This document shows, one piece after another, positions 37,017 through 46,703 of a DNA stretch of 64,000 bases. This DNA comes from a virus: IMG/VR virus record IMGVR_UViG_3300027901_000001. The stretch is one strand, 5' to 3'. The notes under the pieces were generated by a model. It saw only the letters and a list, made by a program, of their open reading frames with translations, had not been told where the DNA came from and made no database searches. Every line of letters starts with the position of its first letter. Position 1 is the first letter of the stretch. A program made the position numbers and the translations under genes.

Positions 37017-38521
37017 TCAATTCCTTTCTGGTTCCGCCTCCTCAGAAAGCGGACTTTCGTTGTTCAATGGCTTTCTGCAAAAGCCACAGACCCATTTACC
37101 CCCGGCGCGCTCGGCCTTCCACTGTAGATGGCGCGAACACGTCGGCGGCTCTGACGGTAGCACCTTTTCTTCGGGAGGCTTCCGCCGAAACCAAAGTCTC
37201 TGCCACCAGGACAGTTGCTCGGACAGCTTCATCTTCCGCTGGAGGTCCAGGGCCACGCGCAGAGCGTCCTGCTCGGGCATCGGCCCCCTGGTGAAAACCC
37301 CAGTGGGCAGACTGGCCATGACGTAGAAGCCGCCCTTCCCGAACGTAACCTTGACCTGATACCGGCCCATCAGGGCTTCTCCACGATGAAAACGGCGGGC
37401 TGAATCTCCACCCTGGGAGGACTGGGCTTCTTCAAATGCTGCTTGTAGTTCCTGGCAGTAATGATCCCCCGCGTGTACCAGAACGCGAACGAGGCCGTAA
37501 ACTCCACCTGGTGCACAACATCCTCCAGCGTGAGCCCCAGCTCTTTCATGCCAACGGCATAATGCTCCATATACGCCCCAGCCTTCACCCACTCCTCAGC
37601 TTCCTCGACCGAAAACCCGGCCTCCTTCCACTTCCGGGCCACGTAGGGCACATCGTAGATGGTCTTGCCCTCCTCGAATGGAGGGTGCCGCCTGAGCATC
37701 TCCAGGTACTCGTCCGCCATCTACCGCCCCGACATGCGCTGGGCAACAATCTCATCGAAATGAACGGAGCCTGTCCCCTTACACTGCGGACACCGACCTG
37801 ACCCCTCGCAAGTAGGACACGGTGCCTTGGCCTGAGTGCGCCGCCGGAATATCTCCTCGCACTTCTCGTGCACCACGCCGTGTTTTACCACCAGCGCCTT
37901 CCCTTCCGGTACGGGTTTCCGACAAGACAAGCAGAGCATAATACCGTCCTTGTCCCGGCCCTCAATCCCTTCAAGCTGACGCTCCAGGACCTTGATGCGC
38001 CGGTCCTGCTCGTTCACTCCTTTGGCCAGACCGTTGGCCCGGCTTTCCTCGTTCTCCGCCTTACAGCCAGGACACTCCTCCTCCGTCCCCCGCATCTTCA
38101 TCAAGGACCCTGGCTCCCAGGTCAGGCCGCATTCATCGCAGTGCATATCTCACGGTTGTTACATGGTGGAGAGCGTTTGTCAACGCCTCGCCCTGGTTGC
38201 CGTCAACTCGGCCCGGAGGCCCCGAATATGGATGCCCCGCTGGAGCCGATCGGCCTCGGTCTCCAGGGGGTCGACCGGGCTGTTGGGGTCCGGCAGCACC
38301 AGCACCTCCAGCACCAGGTCGATCTGGCGCGCCGTCAGGGTCGTGACGCCGTTACGCAGGTACGCCTGGCAGGCGTCGGCCTTCTCCAGGAAGGTGCCCC
38401 GGTCGTCCATGTGGATCCGGGTGGCCGCCGCGATGGCATCGTTGGAGCCCAGCTCCAGCAGCCAGCGGGCGTACTCCGCCGGGCTCATCTTCGAGATACG
38501 GCGTCGCCAGGGGTCGGTCAT
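37017..38521 (-). other. Four hypothetical ORFs (37017-37370, 37370-37720, 37721-38146, 38180-38521)
   Basis: Coupled ORFs; 37721-38146 has several CxxC pairs; a TTGACA promoter lies just upstream of 38146. Confidence 0.55.
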
Positions 38522-38524
38522 CGC

Positions 38525-38842
38525 TCACCGACCTGAAGACCGCTGCGGCGAATAAACCAGAGACCAATCCGATACCACAGCCAGCCGAACGGCGTCGGGG
38601 AGATGGACTCCACCACGATCAACCGGACCTGCACCGTCAACGGAAGCGTCTAATGACCGCCCATTTTTATCAGTCCACTTCAAATACAATCGCTTGTCAC
38701 AGATATGATAAAGAAGCCGTCCCATCTCAAGATAATCACGTGTCATCCGGTCTCGCAGGACGACAACCCTCGCTCGGACCTCCTCTTCCGAACTAAGGTC
38801 TATCGCCGTAATCGGTTCAAGTACCACGCCACTGATGCTCAT
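38525..38842 (-). pseudogene. Probably truncated or chimeric gene
   Basis: Plausible N-terminus until about 38650; downstream, a different frame encodes a start-less C-terminal fragment. Confidence 0.35.
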
Positions 38843-38903
38843 CGTCTTTTCCTCCTCTACTTTTTCACTTCTTCTTAGGCTGCCCGCGCTACTTTTACCG
38901 CCA

Positions 38904-39458
38904 TTACTCCCTTGATACTGTCACCGCCCCTCCTCTTTCTATCTCGCCCCACGCCGCATCTGCTTCACGAGCACTGCAACTAAAGTGATCCTGAAATCTC
39001 TTCTGCGCTTCCTTGGTTTCTATTCGTATCCATTCTGTCATTTCTTCTGCTAATTTATTTCTTTTATCCCGTCTATCCTTCATTTTTCTCCAAAAATCCC
39101 AGTCTTCCAAAGGGAAAGAGCCTCCGTCGCCTCTCCATCTTGCCAGCGCCTCTTTCCCTTTTTTTGACAAATCAATCGTCTTTACCCCATAGCCAACACC
39201 AGGCCCGTCGCAAGTAAAACCCATTAAATCAATTCTACGCATATAACTGCGAACGCCGTGGTACGGACTCGGCCTTCTGTCAGTAATGGAATACAACGTG
39301 TCGTCCAGGGTGGTTGTTTTGCCTTCAAAATTCACTAGATATCTGTATTTGTCCCACATACAGATAGCAAATTCCGTATAAGTTATATCTCCCTCGAAAA
39401 GCCCTAGAATTGTTAACGCCCTGGCAATATTAGAGGTAATCACCATGTCATCTGTCAT
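38904..39458 (-). CDS. Hypothetical protein, AT-richer
   Basis: GGAGG RBS, ATG at 39458. Confidence 0.6.
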   Translation of the reverse strand: MTDDMVITSNIARALTILGLFEGDITYTEFAICMWDKYRYLVNFEGKTTTLDDTLYSITDRRPSPYHGVRSYMRRIDLMGFTCDGPGVGYGVKTIDLSKKGKEALARWRGDGGSFPLEDWDFWRKMKDRRDKRNKLAEEMTEWIRIETKEAQKRFQDHFSCSAREADAAWGEIERGGAVTVSRE

Positions 39459-39949
39459 CACCGCCTCCTTTTCCAGCGCTTCTTCCGCTTCCTCTTGGGC
39501 CGCCCACGCCACTCCTTCCAGAACGCGGTTCCCGGCCCGTGGGTCCGGACCTTCTCGACCACCTGCTTGCACTGCTCGATGTTCATCTCGAACATATGCG
39601 CCTCATCGGCAGTCAGCTCCATGACCTCCATCAGCCAACCGTAGGCCCCGGTCCGGCTGCAATGCCCCTCCTGCCAGATAGGGTCGAATGCGCCGTGCGC
39701 CTGGTTCCGCCAACCCTGTAATTCCCGCGTGCGCGGACGCCCGCGTGGGGAACCATTCTCGTTGGCCGGGAGAACGCCGTTGCAGTCCGGAAACCGGGAA
39801 CAGCCGTAGAACCAGCGCCCGAGCTGGACGGACCAGCGCAGCTCCAGGACGCCGTCACAGCCTGGCTCGGCACACCGGAGGCCCTCCACACTACCCGTCG
39901 GCTTCGGCGGCTCCTTGGGCTGCTCAGCGCCTGCAAACAGCATCGGCAT
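39458..39949 (-). CDS. Topoisomerase-type C4 zinc finger / DUF3268-like protein
   Basis: CAEPGC..FYGCSRFPDC..RNQAHGAFDPIW. Confidence 0.75.
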   Translation of the reverse strand: MPMLFAGAEQPKEPPKPTGSVEGLRCAEPGCDGVLELRWSVQLGRWFYGCSRFPDCNGVLPANENGSPRGRPRTRELQGWRNQAHGAFDPIWQEGHCSRTGAYGWLMEVMELTADEAHMFEMNIEQCKQVVEKVRTHGPGTAFWKEWRGRPKRKRKKRWKRRR

Positions 39950-40161
39950 TACTGCCCCTTTTCTCCCGGACTCTCTTCACCCCTTTCCTTCAAACTCAGA
40001 AGAGAAACCTTCCTGGCCAACTTCTCCTTCAAACAGCAGGGATGGGCCACGATACGGAACCTATCCACGTCATCGGCCTTGAAAGCTACATGGCCATGCA
40101 CGGGACAATCGTAGAGATAGCACCGGACGCCATCTATCATTGCCTCGGGGTGCCCAAACAT
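39949..40161 (-). CDS. Small hypothetical protein
   Basis: CPVHG...HPCC. Confidence 0.45.
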   Translation of the reverse strand: MFGHPEAMIDGVRCYLYDCPVHGHVAFKADDVDRFRIVAHPCCLKEKLARKVSLLSLKERGEESPGEKGQ

Positions 40162-40164
40162 TCC

Positions 40165-40725
40165 CTACCCCCGAACGAGCTGCCGGGCCATCTTGAACAC
40201 ATCGCTGTCCAGGCAGGCCACCACCGTCGCCGCCGCGTCGAATCCGTGCTCCCACTGGCCCGCCGGACACTTCTCCTTGAACTTGTCGAACTGGCCCGGA
40301 TACCGGGCCTCCATAGTATCCTGAACCATTTTCTTGGTCACCGTGGCCTTGCCGCACAGCTTCTTCTTGATGGCCTGGGGCGACGCCTCCGTGAGAGGGG
40401 TGCCATGCAAGGCCAGGAGCGTGATCCAAACACCGTCGGCAATACCGATCTTGTGCGCGGAGCTGGAGTTGCGCGGCAGACTGGTGGACTCGGCCGCCCC
40501 CGCCACGGGCCTGAAGAGATCGAAAACCCCAGCCAGCTCCCCGTAAATCTCCTGGCCGCGCCGGTGGTTGTCGGACGCCGCCAGCACAACCTTCTTCTTG
40601 GCGTCCTTCTTGGTCTCGATGACCCCGACTTTAACCACGCGCTCGCCCACGGCTGTCAGCTCGAAAACCGCGTATCCAAATTTCGCAAACCCCCGGTCAG
40701 CTCCTATGACAAAAACGCCGCTCAT
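40165..40725 (-). CDS. ruvC: RuvC-like Holliday junction resolvase
   Basis: VIGADRGFAKFGYAV, AES, PQAIKKKLCGKATVTK, HGFDAAA. Confidence 0.88.
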   Translation of the reverse strand: MSGVFVIGADRGFAKFGYAVFELTAVGERVVKVGVIETKKDAKKKVVLAASDNHRRGQEIYGELAGVFDLFRPVAGAAESTSLPRNSSSAHKIGIADGVWITLLALHGTPLTEASPQAIKKKLCGKATVTKKMVQDTMEARYPGQFDKFKEKCPAGQWEHGFDAAATVVACLDSDVFKMARQLVRG

Positions 40726-41417
40726 TTCTTGCCTCCGCAGCGGTGCACATCGAGCCCGCTGACCTTGCTGTGGACTTTGTAGTCCGCCAACCTATAAAGC
40801 TCCGTGTAGTGATGGTTCAGCGTTACAAAGCCGCCCTCCAGCAGCTCCGCCTTATAGACCTTCGCCCCACATTTCGGGCAGACCTGCTCCAGATTCAACA
40901 TCCGTATCGCGTATTCAACGTGGTGCTCTTCCAGGCCACGCTCCATCCGAGTCCGAACCTGACGCAGGTTGACGCGGATGTTATGCAGCTCATCATCATC
41001 CAGAACCACATAGATAAACTCCGGCCCGCGCCCGGCCTGCTCACGTTCGACCAGCCACCGCGCAATCTCATCGCCAGTCTTGGACCACCTGTCGTTTCCC
41101 TTCTGGAAAGGCTCGGGGGTGTAGTCGATCACCTCTCCCTTGAAACCGCGCTTCTCCAGTAACGCCTGCATCTCCTCGATGGTAAACCGCTTGCGCCAGG
41201 TTGAAGAAATCACCACCTTCGCCTCGGTCTCCTCAACGATGCGATTCAGCAGCGCCACCTTCTCGGGATCGATTTGGTGCGGCCCGTACCACTCGCTGGC
41301 TGGGATAACAAGGGGGGACTCCTTAAGCTGCGCCGTGCGCTCCTGCTTCTTGGCGGCCACGTAATCCTGGTAGTTCAGCACGCCGTCGATATCGAGGAAG
41401 ATGATTTTCACTTCCAC
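40722..41417 (-). CDS. HAD-superfamily phosphatase (HAD_SAK type)
   Basis: IIFLDIDGVLN, VVISSTWR, YVVLDDD. Confidence 0.88.
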   Translation of the reverse strand: MEVKIIFLDIDGVLNYQDYVAAKKQERTAQLKESPLVIPASEWYGPHQIDPEKVALLNRIVEETEAKVVISSTWRKRFTIEEMQALLEKRGFKGEVIDYTPEPFQKGNDRWSKTGDEIARWLVEREQAGRGPEFIYVVLDDDELHNIRVNLRQVRTRMERGLEEHHVEYAIRMLNLEQVCPKCGAKVYKAELLEGGFVTLNHHYTELYRLADYKVHSKVSGLDVHRCGGKK

Positions 41418-41590
41418 AGCTCCTTCCACCAGTGAATCAACGCAAGGTAAAGAGCCAAAAAAGCAGCACCCTTCGTAGTAAGCTCGCCGGTTTCGGTTAT
41501 CCAAAAAATGTATCCCATGACCGCGAACATCCCGATCCTCATCCCCCACGTCAGCGAGGCGTTGACCTTCTTCAGGGTCGCGTCCTTCAT
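41408..41590 (-). CDS. Small two-TM protein
   Basis: Two hydrophobic segments. Confidence 0.5.
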   Translation of the reverse strand: MKDATLKKVNASLTWGMRIGMFAVMGYIFWITETGELTTKGAAFLALYLALIHWWKELWK

Positions 41591-42174
41591 ATCTGCCTCA
41601 CCAGCTCCTCGACCTCTGCCCAGGACACCGGCCGGTAGTGCCAGGCGTCAACGCCGATGTTGATCATGTTCTCATGGCGACGCTTACTGCCGTGGATGTG
41701 GCCGTGCAGCAGCACTTCACCCTTTATCCGCTGAGGGTGCAGAGCCTTGTACCTCTCTATCTGCTCGGGCGTCAGCTCCTTGTTCCGGCCGTGCCGATCG
41801 GCATCACCTGTCCAGTAGGGATAATGGCTGACGCGCACCACTCGATCGCCCATCGACAAAACCAGCTCGCCGGTTATTACCATGAATCCCAGCTTGGCCA
41901 TGCCGGACACGGACTTGTCGTGGTTGCCCATCAGCAGGAACTTCCTGCCATTGAGCTGCCCCATGATCATCTTGCAGACCTCAGACGGCATCTTCAGAAA
42001 GGCGTCCCCGGCCCATAAGCAGGTATGCTCCGGCTTCACCTCCCTGTTGTAGCGGACGATGAGTTCGCGGTTCATACCCGCCACGTCCCCGAAAGGGCGC
42101 TGCTCGTACTCAATTATCTTGTCGTGCCCGAAGTGAGGATCGGCATAGAAGTGCGAAATTACGTGCTCATCCAT
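41587..42174 (-). CDS. Calcineurin-like metallophosphoesterase
   Basis: DPHFGH, AGD, GNHD, SHYP, HGHIH, NIGVD. Confidence 0.92.
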   Translation of the reverse strand: MDEHVISHFYADPHFGHDKIIEYEQRPFGDVAGMNRELIVRYNREVKPEHTCLWAGDAFLKMPSEVCKMIMGQLNGRKFLLMGNHDKSVSGMAKLGFMVITGELVLSMGDRVVRVSHYPYWTGDADRHGRNKELTPEQIERYKALHPQRIKGEVLLHGHIHGSKRRHENMINIGVDAWHYRPVSWAEVEELVRQI

Positions 42175-42734
42175 TGATTTACCCTTTGATGGATTCTTTC
42201 AACCCACTTTGCAAACTCCAAGACGGACATCGTTGACTTGGCGCTGTTACAGGTAGTGCAACAGGCAACAACATTCCCCTCCTCGTACCCCTTGCTGTTG
42301 TCGATACGATCTATCCCGTTATACTTGAGATCGTATGGTCCTGGTCGAGAAGGAGGAGGGGTTCCGCAGAAATAACAGTCAGCCTGAATCAGCCTGAAAA
42401 ACTCCTCTTTCGACAGATTCCAGTCAACCCCCCGCATCTTGGCGTTGCGCCTGTAGTACCGAAAAACCCGAGAGTGTTTTGGGTAGTCCCGGAAACGCTC
42501 CCGTACCCGATGGGCCGCCAACTCTCGATGAAGGCAACCACAGCTCCGAACATCCCCATTACTCAAATTTAAGTAGGCCACCTCCTTGGTTTGTCCGCAG
42601 TCACATCTACATTTCCAAAACGTTCGACTGTTTCCGGCCCTTCCACGACGATTGGAGGCGCGTTCCAACGCCACCAAACGACCAAACCTCTTTCCCTGTA
42701 TATCCTTAGCCAGCATGGCCCCTCGGGTCCGCAT
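42159..42734 (-). CDS. HNH homing endonuclease
   Basis: GKRFGRL..WKCRCDCG..SCGC; CYFCG..GIDRIDNSKGY..NVVACCTTCN. Confidence 0.88.
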   Translation of the reverse strand: MRTRGAMLAKDIQGKRFGRLVALERASNRRGRAGNSRTFWKCRCDCGQTKEVAYLNLSNGDVRSCGCLHRELAAHRVRERFRDYPKHSRVFRYYRRNAKMRGVDWNLSKEEFFRLIQADCYFCGTPPPSRPGPYDLKYNGIDRIDNSKGYEEGNVVACCTTCNSAKSTMSVLEFAKWVERIHQRVNQWMST

Positions 42735-42746
42735 AGAAATAGTCGA

Positions 42747-43178
42747 TCATCGCTGCACCAATAAAATCGCTATGGGCAAAAGAAACACGACATGCAGAAT
42801 CTGGTCCACCGCGATGAACAGAATCGGGTTGACAGGATTAGCCAGCCACGCCTCCTTGAATCTCGGGTTGTTGGGCGGCGGCATCCGACGCAGATACTTC
42901 GCCCACCAGTAGACCGGCCAGTAGGAGTCGATGAAGTAGTGGGAAAACAGAATCCAAAGGAATCCGCCCATCCCCGCCTCCAGCGAGACCTCGGTAGACC
43001 AGACAAAAAAGCAGGGAATGAACCAGATGGAATAGCCGAAGGAATGCCACAGCCGCACCACCCTGTTGTGGTTCTTCTTCTGCGCCGTATCGTGCGTCTG
43101 AATCAGCCAGTCCGCAACGAAGTGGACAAGGCCCAGCAACGCCAGCGTCGCCCCCAAATTCACAAGCGTTTCATTCAT
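42747..43178 (-). CDS. DUF3307-like membrane protein
   Basis: HFVADW, SHYFID, DQILH. Confidence 0.8.
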   Translation of the reverse strand: MNETLVNLGATLALLGLVHFVADWLIQTHDTAQKKNHNRVVRLWHSFGYSIWFIPCFFVWSTEVSLEAGMGGFLWILFSHYFIDSYWPVYWWAKYLRRMPPPNNPRFKEAWLANPVNPILFIAVDQILHVVFLLPIAILLVQR

Positions 43179-43452
43179 CGGATTCCCTTTCCCGCACCCA
43201 AATAACCGGACACCGCGACCACGGAGGCTTACGTGGCGTGGGCATCTGAATAATTATCCTGACTTTCTTCCACAGCTCCGGCTCCTCCAGCTTCTTCACG
43301 GCTTCGCCTATCGTCATGCCCTTGATGGCCGCCTTGACCATATCCACCAGCTCGTAGTTGTCACAAAGCGAGTCCGGGCCGATGAGATAATCCGTAACAT
43401 CCATCAGGTCTTTTGGAATGCGATAGCCCACGCTATTCCTCTCGGCTGCCAA
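43171..43452 (-). CDS. Hypothetical protein
   Basis: Coupled ORF. Confidence 0.45.
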   Translation of the reverse strand: MAAERNSVGYRIPKDLMDVTDYLIGPDSLCDNYELVDMVKAAIKGMTIGEAVKKLEEPELWKKVRIIIQMPTPRKPPWSRCPVIWVRERESDE

Positions 43453-44215
43453 AGCCCCACACCTTCTGCTTGGGGAAATCGGTCTTACGGCCCCGCAGCT
43501 TCTTCAGCTTGATGTGCCAGCACCAGGGATTCGTGTTCCAGGCGTAGCCCTCGTTGTAGTACGACCCATCCCAACCCGAGGCAAAGTGAGCACGGAACAG
43601 GTCGTCCTCAGTCCACTCTGGAAGGCGACGCCCCACGTAGGCAGTCGGGGGGTGCGCGCCGGTGAGCCGGATCATCGGCCTGAACCGGCCCTTCTCCCTC
43701 GCACCCATGACCCGGATACCGTCCAGCTTGATTTCCTCCAGGGTAATAGTCTGGAGCCGCCGTACCTCGATGACCTCGATCCGGAAGAGGATGCGCGAGG
43801 CCCAGCGCGGCATGTGGATGGACGGCCGCCAGGGACCGTTCACATACTCCACCTCTTGGTCCGCCCGGTATATTATCTCGTAGCCATCAGGACACTTCTT
43901 CGGAATTGGCTCCTTCCACAAATCCTCCCACTCCTCTCTAAGCCTGAGATTCCACGCCTCGCGCACGTACAGCCGGTCGCCAGGCACCCCGTGGGGACAG
44001 CGAACGACGCCTCCATCAAGGCAAGGGTAAGACGGCCCTCGGAACAAGCGGGCGGTCCCCGGCCCGTCCCGGCCTGGACACGCCACGTACTGGGTGTACG
44101 GGGGCGGCGGCTGCGGCCGGATCGGCCGCCACGTCGCCTTCTTGAGGCCCAGCAACGCGGCCCGCACCAGCTCGTCCCGAAGGAGAAGCTGGCGCTCTTT
44201 CACCTGATGTTTCAC
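43433..44215 (-). CDS. Conserved phage protein, ASCH-like
   Basis: CPHGVPGDRLYVRE, WRPSIHMPRWASRI, NPWCW. Confidence 0.8.
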   Translation of the reverse strand: MKHQVKERQLLLRDELVRAALLGLKKATWRPIRPQPPPPYTQYVACPGRDGPGTARLFRGPSYPCLDGGVVRCPHGVPGDRLYVREAWNLRLREEWEDLWKEPIPKKCPDGYEIIYRADQEVEYVNGPWRPSIHMPRWASRILFRIEVIEVRRLQTITLEEIKLDGIRVMGAREKGRFRPMIRLTGAHPPTAYVGRRLPEWTEDDLFRAHFASGWDGSYYNEGYAWNTNPWCWHIKLKKLRGRKTDFPKQKVWGFGSREE

Positions 44216-44223
44216 GTGAAACG
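44208..44223. promoter_or_regulatory. parS-like site TGTTTCACGTGAAACG
   Basis: 15/16 match to the consensus; at a gene junction, overlapping the GTG start of 43433-44215. Confidence 0.7.
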
Positions 44224-44224
44224 T

Positions 44225-44626
44225 CTACTTGGAGCTGGCCGCTGCGTCGCTGATGAGCTTGGCCGCCTTGTCCCTCAGCGCGCCGTCCCGCGAGAGCTTC
44301 CCTTCCAAGATGACCGTTAGAGTGCCCTTATCACCGAGATTGAGCGACATTTCCTCATGCTGCCCATTCACCATCGCGACAGGGGGCTTCTGCTGCGGCT
44401 TCTTGGGAGGCATCGTCCGTGGACGCTCTCTGAAGCCCAGGCCCAGCTCCCCTAATCGCTTCTCGACACCAGCCTTGGAGCGGCCAGCATTGAACTTCTT
44501 GTTGAACAGCCGCCTGATAGCAGCAACACGGAGACCCTTGTTGTGCAGCTTTTTAAGGTGCTCATCTTCGGCTTTGCGCCATCCATAGCGGCGCTTTTTC
44601 TTGCCGTTCGTCTTCTTCGTCGCCAT
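44225..44626 (-). CDS. Myb/GcrA-like HTH protein
   Basis: WRKAEDEHLKKL..RSKAGVEKRLGELGL. Confidence 0.6.
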   Translation of the reverse strand: MATKKTNGKKKRRYGWRKAEDEHLKKLHNKGLRVAAIRRLFNKKFNAGRSKAGVEKRLGELGLGFRERPRTMPPKKPQQKPPVAMVNGQHEEMSLNLGDKGTLTVILEGKLSRDGALRDKAAKLISDAAASSK

Positions 44627-44646
44627 CTTTATCTCCTCTCTCCTAG

Positions 44647-44841
44647 TCAGAGACTGAAGATGTCCGGGTCCGCCTCCCTGAACTCTCGTTCCGGCCCACC
44701 ACAGCCCAGACAGTGGCGCACCGAAGAAGGATTGACGGCCCCGCATCGGGAACAGCTCCAGCCCAGTTCCCCTTCTTCTTCACCTTCTCCGTTCAAAAGG
44801 CGGTCGACTGCATCCGCCGCGTGATTGAAATCGTCGCTCAT
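44647..44841 (-). CDS. RanBP2-type zinc ribbon protein
   Basis: WSCSRCGAVN..CLGCG. Confidence 0.6.
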   Translation of the reverse strand: MSDDFNHAADAVDRLLNGEGEEEGELGWSCSRCGAVNPSSVRHCLGCGGPEREFREADPDIFSL

Positions 44842-44848
44842 CTCACCA

Positions 44849-44877
44849 AATCTAATACGATGACAAGCGATAGTCAA
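44849..44877 (-). promoter_or_regulatory. sigma70-type promoter TTGACT-N17-TAGATT
   Basis: 20 bp identical to the promoter at 6613-6640; ATG 7 nt downstream. Confidence 0.75.
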
Positions 44878-45887
44878 GCCTCGCCGGGTATATCGAGCAC
44901 CAGCTTTTTCACCGGCACATCGCCTTTCCCCACCACCTGGTAATCCCGGATATGGCCAGCTTTGAGCGTCTGCACCAGATGGTTATCGTCGATAACGATC
45001 TTCCATACGTCCCGCGCCCGGCCACCGCCCAGCTCCCGGCTGATACCCACCGCCCGGTCCGGGTCGGTCGTCAAAAAGATATTGGTCGGCACCGTCCTGG
45101 CCCCCATGTACCGGCGGCGGTCCCTCACAGGGCGCGCCGTCCATAGGGTCAGTGGCCGCCCGCGCCGCTTGGTGGAACCTGGGCTCTTCAGCTCGCGCAC
45201 CAGGTCGAAATACTGGAGCTGCTCAACGGTGTCCTTGAAGAAATCCGGATCCCCGGCCTCCAGCACATCGTCTATTTCATCGACCTTGCCGTTCTTGGTG
45301 AACACGGTAAAGCCCGCGTCGCGCTTACCAACGGTCACGTAAAAAGATTCGGCAACGTCTTCTTTGGGCTCGCCGCTTGGCTTAATAACAACCGGAGGAT
45401 CCTGCCAAACGCGCATCCGGCGTGTGGCCGCCTGTATCTGAGCCAGCAGCTTCTGGGCATTCTTCTTGGTCCCATCAATGCGCTCTTTTGCCAGGCCGCT
45501 CAGCTCCTTTTTTATCTTCTCCGGCGTCTCCCCGCCCGCGACTTCCTCCCAACTCAGAATATCGCTCCGCAGCTTGAACAGCTCATCCCAGTTCTCCGGG
45601 GGTGCCTCCCCTTTAAGGGAAAGGTTGATGAGCGCCTTTAGTACCGCGTGGGCCGCATACACGTCACCCTTTTCCAGACGGTCGATGCTCTTGGACGGCC
45701 CCAAGTGTTTGCGCGCCCTGGCCGCCAACTTAGCCGGATCGTGTTTTGCGGCTCTCGCCTGCTCGATACGCCGAATAGAGCTGGCAATTAGGTCCTCTTC
45801 GTAATCCTTGGCCGCCTGCTCATACTTCTTCATGTCCACGGTGATGGACTCGACCAGCGCCGCGCTCAACTCCTCCGAGGGCCTCAT
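44874..45887 (-). CDS. Leader-family protein with possible C-terminal ADP-ribosyltransferase-like fold
   Basis: MRPSEELSAALVES; LTLWTAR..IFLTTDPDRA..RDYQV. Confidence 0.55.
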   Translation of the reverse strand: MRPSEELSAALVESITVDMKKYEQAAKDYEEDLIASSIRRIEQARAAKHDPAKLAARARKHLGPSKSIDRLEKGDVYAAHAVLKALINLSLKGEAPPENWDELFKLRSDILSWEEVAGGETPEKIKKELSGLAKERIDGTKKNAQKLLAQIQAATRRMRVWQDPPVVIKPSGEPKEDVAESFYVTVGKRDAGFTVFTKNGKVDEIDDVLEAGDPDFFKDTVEQLQYFDLVRELKSPGSTKRRGRPLTLWTARPVRDRRRYMGARTVPTNIFLTTDPDRAVGISRELGGGRARDVWKIVIDDNHLVQTLKAGHIRDYQVVGKGDVPVKKLVLDIPGEA

Positions 45888-45899
45888 GCCCCGAGAGTA

Positions 45900-46703
45900 T
45901 CACAGGGCATCGCGCATGGCCCGATATAGGTCGTCCGGTTCAATGGCCGATAAGCCCGACTGCTGGCCGTCGTTCAGCTCGATGACATACCACACATCCG
46001 GATCGGTCCCGCTGCGGGCCACGTCCACCACGAAGAACCGGACGTTCGGGGCCACGCACCTGATGACCTCCACCAGGAGGGCCTCCGGCACGAAATCCGG
46101 ACTCACCTCCACATCGATATCGTCGAGGTACTGGCTCCAGTAAAATCCCCCGGCGAGCACCTTCCCGTCGAGGATGAAAAACCGGTACTCCTCCGTCACA
46201 GGCGGCCCACCGGGGACCACCGGGTCACAGAGTTTCCGCAGCGGCATCCACTTCCGAATGTAGATGTTCTGCTCCCCTATCATGCCGTCGGCCGACAGGC
46301 GGTGATGCACCTTCAGCACCTCCTCCCAGTTGGCCGCGTGCATGTGGGTCCGCCAGAGCTGTTTCTTGGAGTTGGTCGCGCCCTTGAGCACAAATGGGCC
46401 GTCCTCTTTGTCCACCTCATCCAGCGAAAACCAAGTCGTCGGCGTAAACCGCTCCAGGTCCTGGTACCAGTTCTTCAGATCGGCGACGTAAACGTGCTGG
46501 CGGTGGCTGTTAATGAGCTGGCTGCCCAGCGCGAGCACATCCTGTTCCAGCTCGTAATTGCAGGGCAGCGCCGCATACCGGGGGATAATCAGGCTGCCCG
46601 CCGGGACCGCCGTGCGGCGCTCCACGATGGGAAAATACTTGGCCGCCGCCTGCTTCTCGTCCTCTTCGGCGAGCGACGCCCGGATGAAGACTACCGGCTC
46701 CAT
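45900..46703 (-). CDS. ATP-grasp protein, R2K-like
   Basis: FVLKGATNSKK, EEYRFFILDG, FVVDVA, VIELNDGQQSG. Confidence 0.8.
   Translation of the reverse strand: MEPVVFIRASLAEEDEKQAAAKYFPIVERRTAVPAGSLIIPRYAALPCNYELEQDVLALGSQLINSHRQHVYVADLKNWYQDLERFTPTTWFSLDEVDKEDGPFVLKGATNSKKQLWRTHMHAANWEEVLKVHHRLSADGMIGEQNIYIRKWMPLRKLCDPVVPGGPPVTEEYRFFILDGKVLAGGFYWSQYLDDIDVEVSPDFVPEALLVEVIRCVAPNVRFFVVDVARSGTDPDVWYVIELNDGQQSGLSAIEPDDLYRAMRDAL

Noticed and set aside
33603-37127. Long plus-strand ORFs such as 35616-37127, 39688-40782, 29920-31068 and 53201-53599
   Set aside because: They are antisense shadows of recognisable minus-strand genes or lack RBS and motifs, which is expected at high GC.
4117-42734. Group I introns around the two HNH genes (4117-4608, 42159-42734)
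   Set aside because: Both overlap or abut intact neighbouring ORFs with no room for intron core structure, so they appear free-standing.
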